A stretch of DNA of 64,000 nucleotides from Calcarisporiella thermophila CBS 279.70. Lineage: Eukaryota > Fungi > Calcarisporiellomycota. Below are positions 1-12,897 of the stretch, piece after piece. The notes under the pieces were generated by a model. The model had not been told where the DNA came from, searched no databases, and worked only from the letters and a program-made list of their open reading frames with translations. The first letter of the stretch is position 1. Every line of letters begins with the position of its first letter. The position numbers and the translations under genes were made by a program. The stretch covers positions 796,206 to 860,205 of the forward strand of contig NW_027192201.1 of NCBI RefSeq assembly GCF_041956535.1, in the 5' to 3' direction.

Positions 1-634
1 GTTCCCCGTATTTCAGAAACAGGCATTGTATTCTGTGCCTGTAGCTTCACTTTTAGCAATTCTACAGGACAGTTTGCGAACGCCATCACCGAACCCGCCA
101 ACCCCCCCGCTAGTGTAATCTCTGCCAACGATAGAACTCGCGACTCATCGCCACCTTGCAATAAGCGACGGAAATTGCCATTGGCCGAGAATAAAATTGC
201 ATTGCTAAATATTTTATAAGATACACATCAGATAGATTAATGGAGTGTGTAGGTAACCAGCAAATGTACCAGATGCCGATTCCCATTAATGGTGATGCAA
301 CTCCTTTATAAAGTCCACGAGGCTATAAAATGAGATGGTTTTTAGAAAAATCGAGGTAAAATTGAATATCCTCGAGCCTACCCCTTCCTCTTTTAGAGTA
401 ACTTTTACACAGTCAATGGCGCCCTTATACTTTGGCGGGTCCGGTTGCGTCTGAAGCCTCACCTTCACTGTGTCGAAAGGGTGGCCTGCAAAGCACCTGC
501 GATATAGGTTAAAGCCACAAAAAACCAATGAAAATAAGATACTTGCCAACTATAACTTGAGACCACCCCCCAACGGTGCCTCCAATGAATTCTTTTAAGG
601 ATTTTACGAAAGCCTGGTCCTCTTTGGCCGTCAT
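1..634 (-). CDS. Mitochondrial carrier family protein (SLC25; carnitine/amino-acid carrier-like, YMC1/CRC1-type); 3' end runs off the window
   Basis: Spliced reading MTAKEDQAFVKSLKEFIGGTVGGWSQVIVG|HPFDTVKVRLQTQ...KYKGAIDCVKVTLKEEG|PRGLYKGVASPLMGIGI...CPVELLKVKLQAQ contains two PX[DE]XX[KR]X[RK] carrier signatures. Three introns are visible, the first GC-AG (486-546). Confidence 0.9.
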
Positions 635-1552
635 TTTTGATGCAATTTTTAAAATTATTGGGGAGGAGGAAGCCTAATAATAATAATTTGCCTGATAAAA
701 TTTGAATCAATATTAATTGAGCTCCAGAAGTAGCGCAGCTGTGACTTTTTACTTTAATCAATCTCCGTTGATAAATTTAACCTTCTTTTAACGACTCAGT
801 TGCGCTATTAATGAGAGAAAATATAGGGATGCTGACTTCTTAGAAACCGGGTGGTGAAGGAGGGTTTATTTGCAAAATGTGTTATCCCATTTTTAACAAT
901 ATTCTAAGATTTATCATATCGGCGATCTAAGTATAAACATTCGAAAACAAAACGTAATTTACTAAACAGCATAGTCTCAGTTTATTCTGATGATTGAGTT
1001 ACTTCCTCACCTTTGTGAAGTTTCAAAAATATCTTCAAAGCCAATTTTTAAAATATATTTATTCTTTTTGAAGCCATTGAAATTTCTAGACACCCACATT
1101 TTATATGTTCTTGAATGAAAAAAGAAGTATGCTCTAGTGAGAGAGTTTTGTCTTTTCAGTCAGCTAGGTGACATAGGGTACACCGTTACTATAGCTATAG
1201 CATTGATTCGCGAGATTTTGCTAGCGTTACTAAGAGGTGAATAACGAACCTATTTTAAACACCTACAGAAAAGTCAATATTAATATCAGGCCAAAGGAGG
1301 GCGCAGTCGTGACTGTACATCAGCCACATGTTGTTTCGTCATGACAATTTCAGCTTCCGACCTTGATTTTCTTTTCACTTTCTTTTTACCCTGACCTTAT
1401 TTTTTCCCCTTCTGATAATAGCTGATTATCCGGTGTTTTCCTCTCCTTTTTATTCCTCCTCCTTCAGCGATAACTGCCATTTTATAGTTTTGGAAACCAA
1501 AGAGAAAGATTGAAGCGCGGGAGGAAGAATACTAGTAAAAAGAACAAGTACA

Positions 1553-4500
1553 ATGGATGTTACATCGTCAGGGGAGGAACCGCAGCGTCCGTTGAATGTG
1601 CGCGACGCGCTCTGTTACCTCGATCAGGTGAAGCTGCGTTTTGTAGGACAACCGGATGTGTATAATCGATTTCTTGACATTATGAAGGATTTCAAGAGCC
1701 AAGCGTGCGTATATTTGTGGGATTTACATAAAGTGCAGAATTGCTTAATCTTTATTTGTATTCTATTAGAATTGATACTCCAGGTGTCATCGAGCGTGTT
1801 TCTAAACTCTTCAAAGGGCATCCAGGACTTATTTCTGGATTCAACACATTTCTCCCACCTGGGTACCGGATTGAGGTTCCGGATCCCAACCAACCTGACA
1901 TAATTAGAGTTATCACCCCCAAGGGCACATCTCATCTTGGCTCTCCGCCCCCAGGCATGCATGCGCCTGCCTATCCTCCACCTCCACCCCCGCCCTCCTA
2001 TTATCATGCTCCTGGGCCTTATTGGGTTGCACAGCCCCCTCCGCCTCCCCCTCTGCCCCCTCCACCTCCACCGCTAGGCATCTCCCAAGCTACTAGTGCT
2101 CCTTTCCCACAGCCTGTTTTGCCATATCCAGGTCAACCCCACCATCAACAGCAGCCACAGCAGCAGCAGCAGCAGCAACAACAACAACAGCAGATGAATC
2201 TCCATCAACAACCTCCTGTGGAAATGGCTCCACAACAGACGCAACAGCAACAGGCTGGCGGCGAGCGACGTGCACCTGTCGAATTCAATCACGCCATTAA
2301 TTATGTTAACAAAATTAAGGTAAGTACAGTCTACTGTTGTTTGATCCAGAAAAAAAGTACTGAAGCAGCCCCACTTATTTCAACCTCCTCTTTAGCATCG
2401 GTTTTCATCTGATCCCGATACATATAAACAGTTCCTTGAAATATTGCAAACCTATCAAAAAGAGCAAAAGCCGATCCAGGAGGTATACGCTCAGGTACAA
2501 GTGCTTTTCCACGGAGCCCCCGATCTACTTGACGAGTTCAAACAGTTCCTGCCGGATCTGACGGGCGGCCAGTTCCCTCCTGGACTCATGCCCACCCACA
2601 CTTCGCCACAACAACGTACGTGGCTCTGTGAATATTTCTGTTGCTATCATGAATTTATTGACGGGCTTATTTCTGTCATTTAGGATTAGGTGGCCGTTTG
2701 CCTCCCGTTGGCAGTTTCCCACCACCCACCTCTGGGCCAGCGGATTCCTACAAGTCTGGAAATCTGTATGGCTCAACTGTATCGACCGCCGTTGGGGGGA
2801 CGGGCGCAGGCGGGAAGAAAAAGCGCAATGCAATCGAGAAGCCTCCATTGATTACAGGAAAGAAGCGCAACAAGATGCAAAAGCAGTCCTCTAACCTTTC
2901 TGCCTCGGGGACTGGTGCTGAGCCTGAGCTAATGCCTGCAAGCGTAACTGGGCCTGCTGGCGGGATTGGAGGTTTGGGCAACGGTATGAGCGGAGGAGAT
3001 GAACTATTATTCTTTGAGCGTGTCAAACGCCATCTCTCCAATAAGCAGGCTTACACTGAGTTCCTCAAGCTATTGAGTCTCTTCAGCCAGGGGATTCTCG
3101 ATGCGCCGGCCCTTGTGGAAAAGGTAAAGGCATTCATTGGTGGGAATCCATCCCTTTTCGAGTGGTTCCGTGCCTTTGTTGGGGTAGAGTCGGAGGAGCC
3201 GGCGGAGAAGATGGCAGCACTCACACGACCCGATTTAAATACATGCCAAAGCTATGGCCCCAGCTATAGAAAACTCCCAATTGAGGTAACCAATTAATCC
3301 TTTCCCCTTGTTATATATCTCAGCGCTTGATTTTAATTTTTTTATATACACACTTAGTTCCAGAGACTTACTTGCTCGGGGCGGGATGAACTTTGTCGTG
3401 AGGTATTAAACGATGAATGGGTATCGTATCCAACTTGGGCTAGTGAGGATACCGGCTTTATAACCCACCGGAAAAATCAGTACGAGGAAGCGTTGCATAA
3501 ATGCGAAGAAGATAGGTAATTAGCTTCTTTCTTTTGGAACCATTTTATTTTTCATTTCGGAATTCATGTCCCAAACATCTTTTGCTTCACCAGGTATGAG
3601 CATGACCTCTTCATTGAAGCGAATCTCAACACCATTTCTCTTCTCGAGCCGATCGCTAAGAAGATTGCAGGTATGTCGGCAGAAGAGCGAAATGCATTCC
3701 GCTTGCCCGAGGGACTTGGGGGTCAATCGCGGAGCATTTACCAGCGCGTCATAAGAAAGCTCTATGGAGATGAGTATGGGTCTGAGGTGATCGAGTCGCT
3801 GCATGCATACCCCGCCGCCACTGTCCCAATTGTCTTGAAACGGCTGAAGCAGAAAGACGAGGAATGGAAACGAATTCAAAGAGAATGGAACAAGATTTGG
3901 AGGGACATTGATGTTAAAAACTATTACAAAGCGCTCGATTATCAGGGCATCACCTTCAAAGCCAATGACAAAAAGAATCTTGGCACCCGCAATCTAATCG
4001 CTGAGCTAGAGGGAGGACGACGCCGAGAGATGGAGTTCGTATTGAAGGATGGCGAAGTATTCCGAGATGCTGCTCGTTTATGTCTTACAGTGGTGGATCG
4101 GGCGAGCAACAACAATACTACCGGCGGAGAACGGGAACGGATGGTTGATTTCGTGCGTCGTTTCCTCAAGATGTTATTTGCTAATTATACAATACCGAAG
4201 TTCGAGATCGGTGGAGATGAGGATCTTGCCGACAACGAGGACGAAGGCGAGGATGAAGGAGAAGGAGTTGGAATGGATATGGACGGCGAATCCGAGAGGA
4301 AAAAGCGACGAAAATGGAAAGCAAACGGCGTGCACGTGGAGGGCGGTGGTGGTGCCGCTGGAACACCGGATGTTGTGATGAATGAGGCAAGCGACGAGAA
4401 AGACCAAGCCCATCCACGGGGAGGGGATGCAAGTGGTGATGAGAACTTGGGGGAGAATGAGAGCGGCCAGGGAACAGGGGAGCGCAAATCAATTAACGTG

Positions 4501-6378
4501 TTTGTAAACAATTCACTCTACTGTTTCGTCCGATTGTTCCAGGTAATTCTGCGTTGTCTCATCAATCTCAGTGCCATTTTATAGCTGATTTTTTTTCCCT
4601 TTTTTTTACACCTTCTATTTATTCCGAAAATAACTCCAGCTGGTATATACACGTCTGGAGCATATGAAGGGGTTGCTTGGAGAGGTTGAGCGACTGCAGG
4701 AAGAGCGCCGCCCAAATCCGGTGGCGGTTGAACTTGGATTCACATCGAATCGCCTGGACCCCGTCTCTGAATATGAGCTTACTCCCGGCGACCCGTATGC
4801 GCAGCTGCTCGAATTGACTGACAAGCTCCTTGAAGGTGATATTGAGCAGGCCGCATTTGAGGAGAGCCTGCGACTCATCTTCGGCACACGGTGCTTCGTC
4901 TTCTACACAATCGATAAATTGATGCAAGGTATCGTGAAGCAAGTGCAGGCGATTGCAGGGGGTGGCGGCAGTGCGGATACGAAGGCCACCGAGCTCTTGA
5001 AGATGTTCGAGACGGACCGAAAGTTGCCCGATGCAGATTCCAAGCGGCTCATGGCCTATCGCCAAGAGGCGGAGAAGATCGTGGGCCCCGACGAGAATCT
5101 CTACCGGATTGACTACAATACCGCGGAACGCCGCATCGTCATCCGCCTTCTCAGCCGGGATGACCCATCGGATTCTGAGCTGACCCCCGAGGATCTCTAC
5201 GTGCGCTACTCGCTAGCCTACACGCGCCGACACCCAACGGAGGACGCGGTCACCAGCGTTGAGCCGCCGTTCTTGAAGCGACACTTGCCGGAGGACGTGG
5301 AAACGACCCCCCCTCCGCCCGAGGCTGCTGGCTCGGCAGACACGACCTCCAACGAGCAGTCCGCGGCGGCAGAGTTGTGGTGCCACGACGGAATTCTTCT
5401 CACCATATCCGAGGAGACTTATCGCCTGCTCTTCTGTGCGAACACCGAGGACTCTCAGGTGCGCACGGGGTGGCGTGCCACTGGGCGCGAATACGGCCCG
5501 AACACAAAATCCAGCGAGCGCCGAAGGGAGCGGTTCAGAACGTGGAGAGAGAATCGGAGAGTGGCGCTGCGGGTTCCTGAGCGGCCGCCGGTGGAGGTGG
5601 AGCCTCAGCCCGAACTCGAACCTGAGGCTGAGCCTGAGGTTGAGGGCGATGAGGGCGAGATGGAAGGCGAGCTGGAAAAGGAGGGCGAGGCAGAGGAAGA
5701 GGGAGAGGGGGAGAGGGGATNNNNNNNNNNNNNNNNNNNNNNNNNNNNNNNNNNNNNNNNNNNNNNNNNNNNNNNNNNNNNNNNNNNNNNNNNNNNNNNN
5801 NNNNNNNNNNNNNNNNNNNNNNNNNNNNNNNNNNNNNNNNNNNNNNNNNNNNNNNNNNNNNNNNNNNNNNNNNNNNNNNNNNNNNNNNNNNNNNNNNNNN
5901 NNNNNNNNNNNNNNNNNNNNNNNNNNNNNNNNNNNNNNNNNNNNNNNNNNNNNNNNNNNNNNNNNNNNNNNNNNNNNNNNNNNNNNNNNNNNNNNNNNNN
6001 NNNNNNNNNNNNNNNNNNNNNNNNNNNNNNNNNNNNNNNNNNNNNNNNNNNNNNNNNNNNNNNNNNNNNNNNNNNNNNNNNNNNNNNNNNNNNNNNNNNN
6101 NNNNNNNNNNNNNNNNNNNNNNNNNNNNNNNNNNNNNNNNNNNNNNNNNGGGGGAAGGGGAAGGGGAGATAGAGGGCGAAATAGAAGGTGAAATAGATGG
6201 GGACGTGGAAGGAGATGGGGAAGAGGAAGGGGAGGGAGAAGGCGAGGGCGAGGGCGAGGGCGATGGCGAGGGCGAGGGCGAGGGCGAGGTTGAAATGGAT
6301 GAGGCTGAAGAGGGTGATGTCGAAGGAGAAGCGGGAGTTGGCGGTGAGGAGGGCGAGTTGGATGATTTGGAAGAGTAG
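1553..6378 (+). CDS. SIN3: Sin3 transcriptional corepressor (PAH1-3, HDAC-interaction domain, Sin3 C-terminal domain); multi-exon, interrupted by an assembly gap
   Basis: PAH1 [14 protein letters not shown]...[19 protein letters not shown]; PAH2 [14 protein letters not shown]; PAH3 ELLFFERVK; [11 protein letters not shown]...[26 protein letters not shown]...KNQYEEAL; FYTIDKL. The post-gap acidic frame ends ...LDDLEE-TAG at 6376-6378. Confidence 0.95.
2146..2193 (+). repeat. CAG/CAA polyglutamine tract in the Sin3 PAH1-PAH2 linker, preceded by polyproline runs
   Basis: caacagcagccacagcagcagcagcagcagcaacaacaacaacagcag read directly. Confidence 0.9.
5591..6378 (+). repeat. Purine-rich Glu/Gly low-complexity coding repeat, (GAGGGC)n-like, forming the Sin3 C-terminal tail
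   Basis: [10 protein letters not shown] before the gap and [14 protein letters not shown]...[16 protein letters not shown] after it. Confidence 0.85.
5721..6149. other. Assembly gap (N run) inside the GA-rich repeat
   Basis: Continuous Ns. The reading frame differs on the two sides, so the gap length is probably only an estimate. Confidence 0.99.
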
Positions 6379-7462
6379 CCTTACGGCTGCGCCTTTATTT
6401 GTTTTAATTCTAGCATTTCAGCATTAGCATTTTGCTAGCTCTAGCCCTATCTCTGAGTTTTAAAGCCTCTGTTCTTTTTTCTTTCCTCCTTTTCTGTGCA
6501 TAGTATTTCTTGTTCTTTTTCTTTTTTATTTTATTATATATATTTTATTATTGTGATTTCTCTATGGGAATGTGAAAATAAAAATGTTCTCTTGTTTCCC
6601 TTTGGTCATGTATGGGCAGAGGAGAGAGGAATGGGTCATTGGCTGTTCTGTTTCGACATTGATTTTTGCAAGGATCAGGTCAATGGCGAGACGAGCCTGG
6701 CCTTTTGAACTCCTATACTTGCGACTGAATTTTTTTCCCTGAAAACTCGGGCACGGCATTCCCACTATGCAAGCCGAGCACGAGTCACGGTCGACAGGGG
6801 CGGTTGTGTGGAGGGAATTTAGCTGCGCTCCTGTGTTCTGAAAAATTCGCGATGAAAGCAAGCCTTTCGAACCTTCTGCCTCAATTTTGTTTCGAATAGG
6901 CTTGGCCGACCTCGAGCTTCCTCCCATTAGAGATGGGCCGCGGCCGGGAATTGAGGCCAGCCGGAGAAGTGGGAAGGCGAGGGGAAATGTGGAGCATGCG
7001 TGGATCCGCCTCCGCCCAATTTTCCATCCTCGCTCAGCCTTGCTCTGAAGCATGCCCCATATCCGACATTAATTATCAAAACGTTTTGCTCAAGTTAGGC
7101 AACCCTCTACATTCATCACATGCATTGCATTAATTAAAGCAGGCGAAAAGAAGGCCTACTGCCTTAATTATCTTTGTTCTTGCCATTTTAGGAATATATT
7201 CAAAAATATAATCGGAACTTTTTCAGAAGAGAAAATCCTCGCGTCTTTTTTTTTTCTTTTCCACTCTCCTTCAGCTCCATTTCCTCCCCTCTTCCCCTAT
7301 TTCCATTCCCAACCATTTTATTCCCCCGCCCTTCCCCTCTCCCCTAAAGACCGTTGCCCATTCCCCCATCTCTTGCCTGCTAATCACTGCCTGTTTCTCT
7401 CTTCCACTCTCTTTTGCGAGCCAAATACACGGAGGAAGCAAGGTACAGAAGACAGAGCAGCC

Positions 7463-8739
7463 ATGACGCGCAATTCTTTAAATTTCCAGGGCACCCACGA
7501 CTCTGCTTTTGCCTCGTCCAATTCACCTCTCCCTCAGGTAAAACTTGCCCATGCCATCCCCGCGCCCAGTCTAACCGCCTACGATGACATCTTCTCCAAC
7601 ACACCCACACCTCAGCATCATCCACTTCCCCCGCCCTCCTCCCTGAAGACACATTGCTTCTCACATACCAACACAAGTGCACCTAGTCCTCCCGCGTCGC
7701 GATCCATTCTCCCGGAATTGTGTCGCGATGACGACTCGGATACCGCAACCATCGGCGAAGACAATATTGAATCATACTCTCCTTCGTCGCAGCCATTCCA
7801 TCCGGGGGAAGAAAAAAATCCAAATGCTCTGTATGTGCCAGAGGTGGGCGCGAACGAGCAACAGGCTCAATCCTGCTTGGACATGGAAAAAAGACCTATT
7901 CCTCCCCTAGTGCGACGCGCTTCGCTCCTCTCGGAGATGGTACAGCGTGAGCGGAAAAAGTCACTGAGAGACTCGCCGAATCTGAACGGCGAGGGCGATG
8001 TGTGTGCACTCTCAGTATCCACCAGTAGTTTGTTATCCTATGTGGACGCGGATATACTAAGCGAGATGGATTCATCTCCACTGACGCTGGCGTCAGCAGG
8101 AGTCCCTCAAAACTGCGGAGCATCGTCAGCACTCCCAAGTACAATGCGGCAGACATACCCATGCCAATTCACATGGTCAGCTGAAGAGGAAAGCTTAGAG
8201 GAGTGCGCTGTAAGAATACCAGAATTAAAGCCGCAGAGCAATGTCGAAAAATGGCCCGACCTATGCAAACAGCATTGGAAGGTATGCATACACTTTTATT
8301 CATTTTTTTTTTTTCATTGTTATATCACACACCATCTGATTTATCGCTTTTTTTTTATTCTCTTTTTTTTTTTTAAAAAAAGCAACTTAACTTTTTCTAA
8401 TGTTATTTTTTGTCTACCATTTAGCCTGATGAAGAATCAACGTGTTGCCGCTTCTGCTATAAGAGTTTCACATTTCTGAGACGCCGACATCATTGTCGAG
8501 TGTGTGGAGAGATCTACTGTGGACCCTGTTCATCGGGATTGGCGAGATTAGATGAGTATGGCCAGCCAGACGAAATGGGCCCTTTCCTGGGCCGTATATG
8601 CGTGCATTGCCACTCCCTTCATCAGCTGGACAACGGGGCATGGGGTAAGTTCACCGTCATGGTAATGGGTTTGCGAGTTGGACAGTGGGTTGCAATTCGT
8701 TTATTCGGAAGGGACGGGTGGCACTGTGTGTATGCATGA
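7463..8739 (+). CDS. FYVE zinc-finger protein with a long disordered N-terminus; 3' end uncertain
   Basis: Splicing at HWK|PDEES restores the WxxD motif, followed by CRFCYKSFTFLRRRHHCRVCGEIYCGPCS...GRICVHC (canonical RRHHCR FYVE core). A strong GTAAGT at 8645 may mark a further intron. Confidence 0.85.
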
Positions 8740-9736
8740 GGTTGAATCGATTATTTTGTGGGCATAAAAAATGCAAAAAATTTAGTTTGTGGTTTTAGAA
8801 TTTTTCTCACCCTGTTTTCCTTTTCGCCCTTATCTTTTTTCTTTTTCTTCTACTATTTCGTCTTCTTCTAACTATATGTATTTCCTGTTTATTATTTGTG
8901 AATAGTTTTTTCTTTCTTCCTCCACATTTCTTTTGTAGCAGTACTTGTACTTTTGCAAACACTATTTTTATTGTTGCTCTTTTTTTTTCCTCTTTCTCTA
9001 GCCGTTGCGCTCCATTGTATGGTGTTAATTGTGTGCTTATACTTCTATTTTATATTTTGCACATGTGATTAGAGGTTTATTCGGAATATCCCATTTTATT
9101 AAAATTATTGAAAACTGGTTGAGTTGGCTGCGACATTGTATTCGAATTTTCATTAAGCAAATATAAAAATTAATTTCTAATTAGGAATAGAGTCCAATGC
9201 TGTTCAACTGTATTTTGCTGTAGCTCGATTTTCCCGGGGTTCAATGAGTCACTCGTTTCCGACTCGATTTACTTTAGGGTTCTCTGGAGAGCATTCGAAA
9301 ATATTCAGAATCTGCTTCTTATAACGAGTTCTTTTATGGTGTAACTAACTAAGGAGATTGGTGTACTATGAAGAAGTCTGGAGAGGATTTCACAAGGAAT
9401 CTCGCCTCTCAAATTTTCCTCAGTTTATCTGAACTCAAGTGTCGAATATCGAGAACCCGCAACTTTCAGCCATGAGACGATCGAATCTGCTTTTAGGCAC
9501 GCTGCATCCTTTCCAACTGCCTCACCGGTGAAAATCTGAGAGCTTTTCAACAAGTCTTAAAAATATTTCCAAAGCTTGAGCCAGGCCAGTTGCCTTAAAG
9601 TCATATTGGACCAATTCTGGATTCCCTCTTTTTTTGCTGCCTCTATATCTTCACACCTATACATACATATACGCACCTCTCTATTTGTATCTGTATCTAT
9701 GACATGCTAGAAAGACTCGTGCCTATGTATATGCCC

Positions 9737-9863
9737 TTATTTTTCTACTGAACTCGTGTTATGTTAGAGTGGCCACAAGTTGGCTTAGTTGCGAGATCGG
9801 AGGATGGATATTCGTGCTACAGGCCCAAGTGGAGCAGATTTCACGAGTTCAGTAGAAAAATAA
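9737..9863. repeat. 127-bp element bounded by a perfect 22-bp inverted repeat (MITE-like or RNA hairpin)
   Basis: ttatttttctactgaactcgtg (9737-9758) and its exact reverse complement cacgagttcagtagaaaaataa (9842-9863), separated by 83 bp. Confidence 0.75.
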
Positions 9864-11101
9864 TTCTAGGCCACAGTTCATTCTACAGTATTTGCACGTG
9901 TCTCGTCAAAATCGCCGGGGTTCTTTGACCAAACTACGTCGTAGTTCGTACAATACTTTTCTGATAGAGGGCAAACGGCATAGCTGAAAGAGAATACACA
10001 CGCTTTCCTGTAGCAGTACAAGATATACAGCAGTTGTTAGATGCTCTAGAACGATCTTTAAGCGCAGGATCACAGAAAATCTATAATTTGAATAGGTTTA
10101 GAATTGGATTCGAATATGTATACAGTATCTTGTACTGCTACATCTCCCTTGGCTCGCCTGCAACTCTCCAGCAACCCTTTTTGCCACGAGTAGAGTAAGA
10201 AGCCAAATTGAGTAGAGCAGCTACTTTCTGGGGAATCCAACGTATTATCTCTCCAGCTCCTGCGAAACTGTGGCTCTTTAAACATTTCACCGAGATGTAC
10301 CATGAAACATTAATCCGAAATTTCCTTTCCCATTCAAATTACCCGAAAAGTCTAGTCTCACTCGCGGCTGTCAGTTACTTGAGTGACTGGGGAGCTCGAC
10401 ACAATTAGCCCCCAGAGGCATGAGAAGCGCCGGGTAGAGGCCGAATTGCCAAATCAATATTGTAGCTTCTTGCCCGGTGTTTTGTGGTGAACGCGGTGCA
10501 ACCTTCGGCTGTCATGGGAGCCGCCAACTCTGGCTGATGTATGCCGTACACGTAGTGGTTGAAACGCCCACACCAGACTAACAGCAGAGTGTCTCGGGTG
10601 AAAATTTAACGTTTGATTACTAGTCACCATGATTCCTGAAGTAGGCGATCATCTTGTGGAGATATGGTGATAAAAGAGCCTTATAATTTGTAAGTGTGAA
10701 TCGAAGATTATGTAAGTTCTTCATCCCTTCCAAACTGGCTCTGAGGGCATGTATTCTTTGATGATAAATGTTCTGCGCCTCTTCTTGAGCTAGCTTTGAC
10801 ACCATATATCTAAAATATGATTTGAATGGATTCCAGCCCGAGTTCGGCTAATAGATTTATTGCTAAACAAAAAAGTTGAGTAATATATATAGTTATCCTA
10901 AGATAGAATCTTTTTTCCATTTTCCCCTTCCCTGCCTCCTTCCCCTTTCCTTCATTCTACCTTTTTTTTTGGTGAACACTCTCGTTTTGTTCAATACTTC
11001 CTCTCTAAACTCTTCAACCGGCAAACCCAACTCAGCCCTGCATTTATATTTTCCTACCACTACTGAGAACAGCTCTGGTTTCCGCTCTTGAAACTCTGCA
11101 G

Positions 11102-12897
11102 ATGTCGTCAATAAATAATTCAATAGACTCCGATCAATGGCATGGACACTACCTTGACCAGTTTGTCCATGAATTTGGTACTTTTCCAGGGCCAGAACTC
11201 TTCAGACTCATCGGTAATGAAGAGAGGCGGAGATCAGAGGCTGAATCCGTGTGGAGCTCTGAGCTAAAAAACCCACCTAACTTAGACGATGACTTTGAAA
11301 TCTCAATCTTACAGATCTACTCAACTATCTCAAATAATTATGATAGAAGAGAAAATATAGAGAATATGAATGGTGATGGTTTAAGTGAGAAATCCATCCA
11401 TGCAGGAACGCAAGAAAAGGGCTCTATACTTCCTCAAATGCCGACACCTCCCGATGGAGGCTATGGATGGGTCATAGTAGTGATGACTTTTCTAGTGAAT
11501 TTTTCCATCTTTGGAGTGATATATAGCTGGGTAGGTGTTTCCTTCCCTCTGGATTCGACGCTATTTCTACGACTAATTGTCTACTCATTCTTCTCCACTC
11601 TTTTATCCCCAATAGGGCATATACCAGGATATATATATAAATAAAGTGTTTCACGGCAGATATTCTACTCTTGCTATATCCTTTGTCGGGTCTCTGGGGT
11701 CCTCTTTTCCCATCTCTATTGGTTTTCTCGTACAACCAATACTCGCCCGCATTGGAACACAATGGACACTTGCCATTGGAACTCTGTTAACAACCGTCTC
11801 TCTCATCCTCGCTTCTTTTGCAATCGAGGTAAGTGGCGCCATTTCTTTTTACTATAATATATACACATTCATAATACCTCAAATATTTTGGCTCTACTGT
11901 AGCTGTGGCATATCTTCCTCACTCAAGGCCTGCTTTTTGGTATCGGCGCATCTTTTGTGTGGTTCCCTTCCATTGTTTGCCTGCAACAATGGTTCTTGAA
12001 ACGACGTGGTGTTGCAACTGGAATTGCGATTGCGGGAAGTGGTATTGGCGGGTTGGCGCTTTCTCCGCTTGTCAGCACGGTCACTGCACAGTTTGACTAT
12101 CGCTGGTCACTACGGGTGCTTGCCCTTTTTGCCATTGTTCTGCTCACAATTGCAACAATATTCTTAAAGCCACTTTATATCGTTCCACCTCAGGTTCGAA
12201 ACCAAATGAAACCCAAGCTTATCGACTTTAAAATCATTACCCCTAAACTTCGCTTGTTAATGGTGGCTGGTTTCATCATCACCTTTGGATATCTTGCCCC
12301 TTTTTTCATGCTCAACACTTATGCCAGATTTATCGGCGTGAGCCCTAGCTTGGCTGCGACTACCTCCGGGATCATGAGCGGGGTAAATAGCGTGGCTAGA
12401 ATTTTACTCGGCTTGGCTGCAGATCGAATGTAAGCTGCACTAATTTTGCTGACTAGCCTTCCTCCTCCTCGGGTATTAACCCAAGTTGCTATCTTTTCTT
12501 TTGCTGTAGTGGCCGCATGAACACTATATTCTTATGTACTTTTATTGCTGGCCTTGTTACCATGATCATATGGCCCCTTGCCAAAACATTTGACACCCTA
12601 ATGGCCTTTGTTGTATTATACGGCTTTTTCGGGGGTGGCTACGTTTCTCTATTCCCGGCTACGATTGCAGACCTCGTCCCCTTAAAAGATATTGCTACTG
12701 CATCCGGCATGCTCTACTTATCGAGTTTATTTGGAAACTTATTTGGCACGCCCATTGCAGGGGCTTTGTTTGATGCCACAGGACGAAAGAGCTTCGTACC
12801 TCTTGCCGAATTTTGTGGTGCCGCAACTCTGCTGGGATCGCTAGTGATTCTGGCCGTGCGATTCTGGCTTAATCCAAACCCGCTGAAAAAAGTATAA
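11102..12897 (+). CDS. MFS monocarboxylate transporter-like protein (SLC16/Mch family), tandem copy 1; 4 exons
   Basis: PPDGGYGWVIV motif, QWFLKRRGVATGIAIAGSGIGG, RILLGLAADR|IGR, LFGTPIAGAL; three GT-AG introns. Confidence 0.93.

Noticed and set aside
5720-6151. Apparent frameshift in SIN3
   Set aside because: It falls across the N gap, whose length is only an estimate.
6197-6427. ORF with ARARARAR repeats
   Set aside because: Alternative frame of the (GAGGGC)n Sin3 tail; the E/G frame continues the pre-gap composition.
6562-7133. GC-rich intergenic stretch with short ORFs, considered as a structured ncRNA (RNase P/MRP, SRP)
   Set aside because: No diagnostic conserved motifs found; the position fits the FYVE gene promoter.
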